Below are positions 1 to 9,700 of a stretch of DNA of 64,000 nt, piece by piece. The position numbers and the translations under genes are program-made. The DNA comes from an uncultured virus (IMG/VR IMGVR_UViG_3300034106_004022) (lineage: Duplodnaviria; Heunggongvirae; Uroviricota; Caudoviricetes), in the IMG/VR virus record IMGVR_UViG_3300034106_004022, positions 1 through 64,000 of that record. One strand, written 5' to 3'. Position 1 is the stretch's first letter; each line of letters opens with the position of its first letter. The notes under the pieces are model-generated. The model saw only the letters and a program-made list of their open reading frames with translations. It did not search any database and had not been told where the DNA came from.

Positions 1-221
1 TAGCTAATTCAAATACGGATTTCTCTATTGAAAAGGTAAGTGGTGGTGGATTCCAAGTGGCAGCATTAAACTTCTTAACTCCAATTACATCCGGAAGTTA
101 TGTAGAATTGTATTGGTCAAAAACAACCGCAAACGGACAATTGCAATATAAAGGAACGCAAGTATCACCAACTAGACCCGCAACACCATCGGTAATTGTG
201 ACTGTAACTCAAATAGCATAA
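1..221 (+). CDS. 3' end of a truncated gene, probably the C-terminal beta-sandwich of a virion or fibre protein
   Basis: The frame starting at nt 3 is open to TAA at 219-221 and reads ANSNTDFSIEK...YVELYWS...RPATPSVIVTVTQIA*. It is missing from the ORF track because the start lies outside the window. Confidence 0.6.
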   Translation, partial: ANSNTDFSIEKVSGGGFQVAALNFLTPITSGSYVELYWSKTTANGQLQYKGTQVSPTRPATPSVIVTVTQIA

Positions 222-263
222 TTTTATATAATCCCATTCTAAACCACTATTCTTTTTTTTCTT

Positions 264-272
264 ATATTTATA
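264..272 (+). promoter_or_regulatory. Putative phage late promoter (ATATTTATA)
   Basis: The same 9-mer recurs in intergenic gaps upstream of many late genes; here it ends 29 nt before the ATG at 302. Confidence 0.6.
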
Positions 273-301
273 GGTAAGATAAAATTAGAAAGGAATAGTA
301 A

Positions 302-1450
302 ATGGCAATAGAATACATATACCCAGGTTCATCATCATTCTTTCCGGGAGAAACTCCATTTGGAACTTATGATAACGATTATGAATTTAGTGAAGATGCT
401 CCAAAGGTAGCCCACTGGGTTGCTACTCGTTTGGGATACCCAATTCAAAATGTGGAATTAGTAGATGCAAGTTTATTTGCTTGTTTCGAAGAATCCGTAT
501 CTGAATACGGTGCACAGGTAAATCAATTTAATATCAGAAACAATTTGGATGTACTTAAGGGTAATCCAACTGGTACCGATTACACTGGTAAATTTGTTGA
601 AGGTTCATTCTTACCAACTCTTATTGGTATTGTTGAGGCATATGGTACATTAGCTGGTGCTGGTGGAAGTACTGATATCAAAAAAGGTAGTGTTGATTTA
701 GTGGGTGGACAACAAAATTACGATTTACAAACTTTATTTGCTGATGTAAGCGAGTCTGGAAAGCGAATACAAATAACAAAAGTATTTCACGAACCAACAC
801 CTGCAATCAATAGATTCTTTGACCCGTATTCAGTAAGTGGACAGGGAACTCTTAACTTAATTGATGAGTTTGGATTTGGTTCATTCTCACCAGCAGCTCA
901 ATTTATCTTAATGCCAATTTTCGAAGATATGTTAAGAATTCAAGCAATTGAATTTAATGATGAAATTAGAAAATCAGCACACTCCTTTAATATTACTAAC
1001 AACAAATTACAAATATTCCCTATACCAACTACTGCTGGTAAATTATATTTTGAATATTTTGTATCCGATGAATTTGTAACCAATTCTACAAAGGTAAAGC
1101 CAAATGTAGTTTCTGATTATGCTAATATTGGATATAGTTTTATTCAATATGAAAGTATAAATGATGTTGGTAGACAATGGATTAGAAAATATACACTTGC
1201 TCTTGCTAAGGAATTATTAGGAGCAATTAGAGAAAAATATAGTTCAGTTCCAATTCCAGGTTCTGAAATTTCATTAGATGGTGCTGCTCTAAGAGCTGAA
1301 GCTCAAACTGAAAAGGATAATTTAATGGAACAATTGAGAGAAAACTTAGAGGAGTTGAGTAGAAAAAACCAATTCGAAGTTAAGGCTCAGGAATCAGAAC
1401 ATCAGCAAGAGATGTTGAAAAAAATTCCATTACTAATATATGTAGGATAA
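302..1450 (+). CDS. Neck / head-tail adaptor protein (T4 gp13-like)
   Basis: 382 aa. The C-terminal WIRKYTLALAKELLGAIREKYSSVPIPGSEISLDG...EA segment is typical of gp13-like neck proteins, and it is the first gene of a neck-terminator trio. Confidence 0.8.
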   Translation: MAIEYIYPGSSSFFPGETPFGTYDNDYEFSEDAPKVAHWVATRLGYPIQNVELVDASLFACFEESVSEYGAQVNQFNIRNNLDVLKGNPTGTDYTGKFVEGSFLPTLIGIVEAYGTLAGAGGSTDIKKGSVDLVGGQQNYDLQTLFADVSESGKRIQITKVFHEPTPAINRFFDPYSVSGQGTLNLIDEFGFGSFSPAAQFILMPIFEDMLRIQAIEFNDEIRKSAHSFNITNNKLQIFPIPTTAGKLYFEYFVSDEFVTNSTKVKPNVVSDYANIGYSFIQYESINDVGRQWIRKYTLALAKELLGAIREKYSSVPIPGSEISLDGAALRAEAQTEKDNLMEQLRENLEELSRKNQFEVKAQESEHQQEMLKKIPLLIYVG

Positions 1451-1451
1451 T

Positions 1452-1907
1452 ATGCCAAGATTTGCATTAGATAGAGATATCCGATTTTTTGAAGGAATAT
1501 CAAGAGAATTGGTAGATGCAGTTATTGAAACAACTGTAGTTCTATACAAACTTGTCATTTCTGATATGAAAACAAATTTGTATGGGGAATCTTTAAATAA
1601 ATCGTATTTTCAAGGAACACAATGTACTGCTGTAATTGAGAGAGATGATACTGGTATTTCGTATGAAGGATTTGGACCAGATAGTGGACAGACTGTACAA
1701 TTCCGTTTTAATCGTTTCACATTAGAGGGAAAGGGATTCTATCCAGAAATTGGAGATATTATTTCTCATAATAATGCATACTTTGAAATTGATAATGTAA
1801 GAGAGGACCAATTAATTGGTGGACAGACTGGAGAAAAATTCTCAATTATATGTTCTACATTTATGACACGTAGAAGTTCTATACAAACTGAAATGAGAGA
1901 TATCTAA
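1452..1907 (+). CDS. Neck / head-closure protein (T4 gp14-like)
   Basis: 151 aa with NLYGE and PEIGDII...YFEI motifs, directly after the gp13-like gene. Confidence 0.7.
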   Translation: MPRFALDRDIRFFEGISRELVDAVIETTVVLYKLVISDMKTNLYGESLNKSYFQGTQCTAVIERDDTGISYEGFGPDSGQTVQFRFNRFTLEGKGFYPEIGDIISHNNAYFEIDNVREDQLIGGQTGEKFSIICSTFMTRRSSIQTEMRDI

Positions 1908-2989
1908 TGAATAAAAAAGAAACAAATAGAGGTTTACAGCGTTCGATATCTAAAGAGTTCACTAAAGGTGTAAAACTTATTGATATAGATACTACCATAG
2001 CTGAGTATATGGTAGATACCATTATTCCTGATGTGGAAGAAAATGGTAATGCGGTTAAAGTACCACTTATATATGGTAATGCAGAACGTTGGAAAAACGC
2101 TAGAGTAGATGGGTATTTGAGAGATGCTAGAGGTAAGATTCAAATACCATTAGTAATGTTCAAACGAAACTCTATTGAAAGAGATGCCGCTATGGCTCAA
2201 TTCAAAGATGTTAATACGTTACCTGCTTATGTAAGATACTCTAAAACAAATAGATACGAACGATTTTCATTACAAAGTGGTACAAAACCCGCATATGAAC
2301 AATATGAAGTTTCGGTACCCGACTATGTAACAGTAACTTATGAGGTAATGGTGTGGTCATCATTCACCGAGCATATGAATAAAATTGTTGAACAATTTCA
2401 ATACGCAACTGATAGATATTGGGGAACTGAAAATGGATTCAAATTTAGAACTCGTATTGATTCGTTTGATAATCAACAAGAAGTTGGAGAGGGTTCGGAA
2501 AGAATTATAAGAACAACATTCACAATGGTGGTAAATGCATATTTACTTCCTGAAACTCGTGATGAGGCACCAGTTGTTAAAAAATCATTCACACCAAAGA
2601 AAGTTGTATGGGGTGTAGAAACGGATTTAAGTGGTACTATGTTCACCAATCCTAACATATATAATGAATATCAGTTTGTTATAGATTTTGTTGCTATAAG
2701 GGGTTCTCAAGCAGCACAATTTGTAGGTATAACTGGTGGGGTAAATAGAGGTGTTGTTAAATTAACAAATGTTAGAAAACCAATATTACCAAATGAACTA
2801 ATTGGTTCGTTTGATACTTTAAATTGGTTTAGAGTTTATGTTAATTCAGAATTTAAACCAGCATCAACTTATAGTTATTCTTTTAACGGAACTACAAATG
2901 AAATCGTTTTTACATTTAATAATACATTAGGATTTGATATTGATATAAATGATGAAGTGGATATTGTAGGAAAATTTGAACAACTATGA
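1907..2989 (+). CDS. Tail terminator / sheath stabiliser (T4 gp15-like) with an extra C-terminal beta domain
   Basis: 360 aa with VPLIYG..ERW, IPLVMF and VPDYVTVTYEV...HMNKIVEQF motifs; gp13-gp14-gp15 synteny; TAATG overlap with the upstream gene. Confidence 0.7.
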   Translation: MNKKETNRGLQRSISKEFTKGVKLIDIDTTIAEYMVDTIIPDVEENGNAVKVPLIYGNAERWKNARVDGYLRDARGKIQIPLVMFKRNSIERDAAMAQFKDVNTLPAYVRYSKTNRYERFSLQSGTKPAYEQYEVSVPDYVTVTYEVMVWSSFTEHMNKIVEQFQYATDRYWGTENGFKFRTRIDSFDNQQEVGEGSERIIRTTFTMVVNAYLLPETRDEAPVVKKSFTPKKVVWGVETDLSGTMFTNPNIYNEYQFVIDFVAIRGSQAAQFVGITGGVNRGVVKLTNVRKPILPNELIGSFDTLNWFRVYVNSEFKPASTYSYSFNGTTNEIVFTFNNTLGFDIDINDEVDIVGKFEQL

Positions 2990-3360
2990 ACATAAAGACT
3001 CTTAAAAATATAATGAAAGAAGTTAACGAACCAAATGAATTCATTTTGGAACCCGTTGATTTGGTACATTCATTATATTGGATATGGAAAGCTACAAATT
3101 GTAGATTAAAAACATTAGATAGTAGAGTTGCTGATAAAAGAAGAACTGCTGCTAGATTTGATGTATTTGTATGGGGTGGATTTATTGCCGCAAGAGATTA
3201 TCAATTTGAACAAGTTGGAAATGATTTTCACATAAAATTTATAAGAACAAATTTCCCAACAACAATTGAAAATACAAATGACCCAAATTATGGACAACCT
3301 TGGGCATTTGAATCTAATGATGAAGTAAAAATAGAAGGTGATTTAGAAAATATTAATTAA
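2986..3360 (+). CDS. Hypothetical virion protein
   Basis: 124 aa, ATGA-coupled to the previous gene; its C-terminal half resembles the neighbouring proteins. Confidence 0.6.
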   Translation: MNIKTLKNIMKEVNEPNEFILEPVDLVHSLYWIWKATNCRLKTLDSRVADKRRTAARFDVFVWGGFIAARDYQFEQVGNDFHIKFIRTNFPTTIENTNDPNYGQPWAFESNDEVKIEGDLENIN

Positions 3361-3740
3361 TGGCTAGATTAAAACCAAATATAGATATAGGTAGTATAAC
3401 TACAAAGAGGGATAGAGAATCTTTTCAAAATTTTGTGTTGGAAGTAATCAAAGATACGTTTATCTATGAGGCAACTCCAACATCAATTTCTTTAAATGGT
3501 GAACTATTTACTTTAAATTTGGATGATTTTAGATTTGTTTATGAAGATTTAATCGTTGCAGATTCCAAGGATTATTTAGATGTATATTTATACGGAGTGA
3601 AGCAAACAAACGATAGATATTCGGTAACATTTGATGATACTTCTATAACTATAACCTTTACTGAAAGTATAACAAGAGTTCCGGCTGACGTAGTTAGAAC
3701 TGATTTTGAAATTAAAGGTAAAATTACACAAATAGTATAA
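3360..3740 (+). CDS. Hypothetical virion protein
   Basis: 126 aa, TAATG-coupled at both ends; LDVYLYG...ITITF...FEIKGKI domain. Confidence 0.6.
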   Translation: MARLKPNIDIGSITTKRDRESFQNFVLEVIKDTFIYEATPTSISLNGELFTLNLDDFRFVYEDLIVADSKDYLDVYLYGVKQTNDRYSVTFDDTSITITFTESITRVPADVVRTDFEIKGKITQIV

Positions 3741-6700
3741 TGGCTAGATTAATACCACAGAAACAAATAGAAGAAGTAAATCAGTTTAGGGATAGTATAT
3801 CCGTAGGCAACTCTGTATTTATATCTGGCTCTTTATTAGTATCACAAAGTATTGATATTGGTACTCGTACTTCGGATAAGCAAAGAATAACTGGTTCGGT
3901 TGAAATTACTGGGTCATTACAAATTGATGGTGCATTATCATTTGCCAATGCGGCAAGTAGATTGGATGCAACTGCATCTTTTTCTGATATATCGGTTGAT
4001 ACACAAAGATTTGGTGGAATATTAGTTGAGGATTTTGCAAAAAGTGATTCAACTATCTATGTATCATCTACAAATGGTAATGATAATAATAGTGGTACTT
4101 CACCGCAATTTCCATTAAGAACTATTAAGAAAGCTGCTCAATTAGCAACTCCGGGTGATGATGGTAGATATGGTTTACCAACTGGTTCTCTTTTTAGTGG
4201 ATTTAGAATCACTGTTGATGCGGGTACTTATTTAGAAGAAAACCCAATTGAACTTCCAAGAAACACAACTGTTTGGGGAGCTGGATTAAGGGTAACTAAA
4301 ATTATTGCTAAAAACGAAAACGAAGATTTATTTTGGGTAAATAGTGGTTGTTATCTTGCTGAGATGACATTTGCTGGTTTGAGAGTATATCCATCGGTTG
4401 ATGATTCTCAAAGTGGATTCGCAATTGCATTCGCACCAAACGCATTTATTACAACATCACCATACGTTCAGAACTGTTCTATGATTTCAAATCAGGAGAA
4501 CTCATTCCTTGAGCTGTATGAGGATATTCCTGCTGGAGGTGGTGGATTGAACGTAGATGGAAATAGAATCCATCCTGATTCTCCATTAGCCTCTATGGTA
4601 TTGGATGCATATACACAGGTTGCACCAAATGGTGTGGGTTGTCAAGTTGTTGGAAGGGGATTCATTCAGTTGGTATCATTCTTCACAAACTTCTCAGCAT
4701 ATTCAGTAAAAGTTATCGATGGTGGACATGCGGTATTACTTAACTCTAACACCTCATTTGGTGATTATGGTATGTACGCATCTGGTTCACGTTTTATTAC
4801 GGGTAGTGGTGGTAACTTTGATGCGTTCTTAAATGTACAAGATAATTACTCAATTATTGTTAATACTATTGAAGGTGGATTATCTACGATTCCTGCATTG
4901 GTACCAAATACTGAAAACGGAATTAGAGTAACTGACCCTAATGTTTTACCACAATACTTTTTATCGGAAGATTCTTCGAATGAAGTGTCTGATATAGTTA
5001 AAGCTGATTTTAAATTAATAAGTTCAATTATTGACAATGGAATTGTAAATAAACCAAGTTTAATTGCAAAAAGTAGTATAAATGGATATTCATCGCAATC
5101 TGTTTACAATATTTCTGGTGAAAATCAATATACTTCATCAACAACCGCATCATTACAAAATATTGCAAGTGTTGATACTAATTTTAATATATTATATGAT
5201 ATAATTGAAAGAGGAAATCCTGCAACCGAATCATATGTTCGTATATCAAATGTATCTCATTCAATTCAAGCAACTGATATTGTTCAATACAAAACCTCAG
5301 CTGTAGATTCACCTACAATTACTACAACTAATAATAGTTTTGATACAATTATGTCTATTGTAGCTGGTGGTATAGCTCCAAATATTGTAAGTAATACATC
5401 TGCTAGTTTTAAATTTAGTAATGTAAACCAATATCAAACAGGTACAACATCATCTTTACAAACAATAAATTCGGTATCATCATCATTTTCAATTGTGTAT
5501 GATACTATTGAATATGGGACTGGTGATTTACCTACAATTATACCAAGTAGTTCAAATGCTAGCACATCAAGTGAAAAACAAAACGCATATAATTTACTTA
5601 TAAATAATATACCATTTATACAATCTGAAACTATTGCATATATGAGTTCGTCTTGGAGTGAGTTTTCATATAATGAAACAACTTGTAAGAGAGATATTTC
5701 ATATATTGTAAGTGGAGCTGCATATGATATTCTTTATGGTGGAAATGAAGAATCTATAAAGAGTGCAAGATTTTATTACTTATATCCATCCGAAGCTACT
5801 ACAACTCAATTAGAACCAACATTAACTGCGGTTAAATACGCAAGTGGTGTTGCACAAAATATTTTAAAAGGAAATCAATACATAACATCATCCGCTAATA
5901 TTAATAATGGATATAATATTATTTTTAATAACAAAGATTTTGTTAGAGCAGAAACCATTGCATATATTTCATCATCTTGGTCTGAATTCGAATATAATGA
6001 GGTAAGTTGTTCACGTGATATTGGATATATTTTAGATGCAGTAGGAACTGATTTAAAATATGAAGGTAACGACCGAAGTGTAACTGCTGGACAATTCTAC
6101 TTTAGATATCCATCGGAGGCAACAACTACTCAGTTAAATCAAACATTAGATGCTATTAGATATGCTAAACGATTAACTGAAAAATTATTAAACAACGATA
6201 CATTTGTAACGGCATCTAATTCTGTAATTGGGGCTGTTGATTTAATGAGAAAAAATCGTAGTTTAATTCAAACTGAAACTATTACATATATCAATACTCA
6301 ATATCCTAATTTAGATTATAACCAAGCTAAATGTAGAAGAGATGTTGGATACATTGTTGATAATATTACAACTGATTTATTGTATGGTGGTAATGAAAGA
6401 ACTGAAACTGCTGGATTATATTATTTCTTATTTCCATCAGTAGCAAATACTACTCAATTAACTGAAACAATAAATGCACTTCAATATGTAAATGCGTTAA
6501 CCGATAAAATTTTAATATCAGAAATATTACCAACTCCAAAAATTGGATTAAATATTGATAGTAACATAAAAGTTACGGCATTTAATTCGGTAACATCATC
6601 TATATCTGCAAGTAATACTGAAGTTACATTAGTATCACAATCATTTGGTATTATTGAGGATATTATTAGATATGGAACTGATTATATACCATCGGCAATA

Positions 6701-9700
6701 GTTGGTAATTCAAACGATTATATTTGGAATATAAATAATCCAATAAATGTTAGTGGTATAACACAAATTCAATCAACGTTAGCAAACGCAAATACTCAAA
6801 GTATTTCTAACAACGTTAATACAATTATTAAAATAATTGAAAGTGGTAGTTCAGTTACAACCGAACAAACAATTGGAACTGATAGAAATGGGGCTCCGAT
6901 TTCAACGGTTGGTATTCCTAAAAATTCATATGGAAGTAATTTAATAACAACTGTTATTGGAACAACTATTCCTGCTGAAATTCAATTGGTTAAAAATACT
7001 GCAGCTGGTATTAAATTTGGTAATGGCTTACAAATCACATCATCTATATCTGCTAGTGCTACTGAAATACAAAAAGTATCATCATCATTTTCAATTGTAA
7101 CTGATATTATCAAATATGGTATTAGTGGAAGTTTGAGTTTAAGTGGTTCATCTGAATACTCAACTTATTATGAAGTAATTGCATTTGAATCTGCAAATTA
7201 TTTATTTAATGAAAATCAATTAAATAAATTTGATAACGTATTAACTGCATCTATCGAAGATGGTAGTATAGACCCTACTTTAACATTAAAGAGAGGTGAA
7301 CTTTATACATTCTCTGTAAATTCACTAAATATTGTAAATGCAACTGAATTAGATTTTAGACCATTTTATATTAAAACTGATATAAAACCAGGTCTTAGAA
7401 ATCAATATACAAAAGGTGTAACTAATAATGGTGTTACCTTTGGAACTTTAACATTTATTGTACCATTCGATGCACCTGATACTTTATACTATGTAAATGG
7501 TAAAGATATTGAAGCAAGTGGAATTATTAATATTGTTGATGAGTTACCAATTTCAGATACGCAAAGATATATTGAAATACCATCATTGGGTGATTTTGAG
7601 GTTGTAGCAAATACTATTAATAATATTAAAGTTACTAACATACCACAAATTCAATCAATATATACTGCTTCTATATCAGAATCATTATCAGTAAGTTCAT
7701 CATTCGCAACTACAATTGATATTTTATTTAATGGTGTGAGTAATTTACCAACTACAATTACAAATGTAAGTGGATTAATTAAGAAACGTGAACTATCACA
7801 ATATACATCATCATTTGCGGTATCATCGGCATTAAGAAATACTATAAGTTCATCATTTAATATTGTAACTAATATAGTAACAAATGGTACGGGCTCAGTT
7901 CCAGCATTAATTGAAAATACTAACGATTTAATTAAAGTAACTTCGGTACCTCAAATAATTGGATTACAATCTGGAAGTATAACTCAGGTTAACAACGTAA
8001 GTTCATCTTTTGCTAATATAATTAATATTATTAAAAATGGTACTGGTTCAATTCCGGTTGAAATTAGTAATATAAATGGATTAACTAAGTTTAGTAGCAC
8101 AGAGCAATTTACAGCCTCTTTAAGCGCTAGTTTAGAAGATGTAACCTTTGTATCCAATTCGATATCAATCGTTTCTACAATCATTACAAATGGCAGTGGT
8201 TCGTATATTACGGCTAGTTTATATGGAGCGGCCTCAACCCAACCATCTACATTAGCAGCTTATCAAATTATTAAGCAAAATATTCCATTTATTCAAATAG
8301 AAACTTTATCTTACTTATCTTCTTCTTGGAGTACGGCTTCATATAATGAAGCAAGTTGTAGTAGAGATATTGGATTGATTGTAAGTGGAGCAGCTGAGGA
8401 TTTATTATATAATACTATTTCATCATCAATTGTGAATGGTAAGTATTATTTAGAATACCCATCGGCAGCAGAAACTACTCAAATAAACCAAACATTAGAT
8501 GGTATTGAGTACGCAAGTAAATTAACACAAAAATTAATTCAAAATATAATTTTTGAAACCGCATCAATGGAGGTTTCGGCATCTTATAATTTGATTAGAA
8601 AAAATAGAGAATTTGTTAAGAGTGAAACTATCGCTTACTTATCATCTTCTTGGAGTACATTCGATTATAACGAATCATTATGTAGAAGAGATATCGGACA
8701 TATAATTGATGCAGTTTCTACGGATTTATTATATGGTGGAAATGAAAGAAGTAACACCGCTGGTGAATTCTATTACAAATATCCATCATCTGCAACTGTT
8801 AGTGGTAGTGTATCTCCAACAACCGCAGCACAATTATACCCAACATTGGATGGTATTAATTATGCTAGACGATTAGTTCAAAATATTGTTGTAAATAATC
8901 AATTTGCATTAGCACCTGATAGTAGAACAAACGCATATGATTTAATCGTTGAAAATAAATCATTAATTCAATCGGAAGTTGTTTCTTATGTATCATCTTC
9001 TTGGAGTGGTGTATTATACAATGATATAAGTTGTTCTCGTGATATTGGATATATTTTAGATGCAGTAGCAACTGATACCTTATATGGTGGAAATGAACGT
9101 AGTTCAGTAGCTGGTGAATTCTATTATCTATTCCCATCAAGAGCAACAAATGGTGGTGTTCCATCTGAAAATAATCAATTAGATTCAACTTTAAGTGGTA
9201 TTAATTACGCTAAAGGAATGGTAAATCAGTTATTACAAAATAATATCTTTGTAACTGCTTCATTACAAACCATTGGTGTAACAAATTTAATAATCGATAA
9301 CAAACCATTAATTCAAAATGAAGTAATTTCATATATTTCTTCATCTTGGAGTAATTTTCAATATAACGAAGCAAGTTGTAGTAGAGATGTTGGATATATC
9401 TTAGATGCAGTAGCAACTGATTTCTACTATGGTGGAAATGAAAGAAGTATTACCGCTGGAACATTCTATTACCTATTCCCATCAGCAGCAACTGTTAGTG
9501 GAAGTTCATCCCCAAGCGTTGATGCTCAATTATACCCAACGGTTGATGGTGTAACATACGCACAAAGATTGACTAACAAAATAATTAATAATATAACATT
9601 AGTAACTGCTTCATTAGAAAGACAAACTACATATGACTTATTATTAGATAACAAATTATTAATCCAAAACGAAGTAATTTCATTTATGAGTTCTTCTTGG

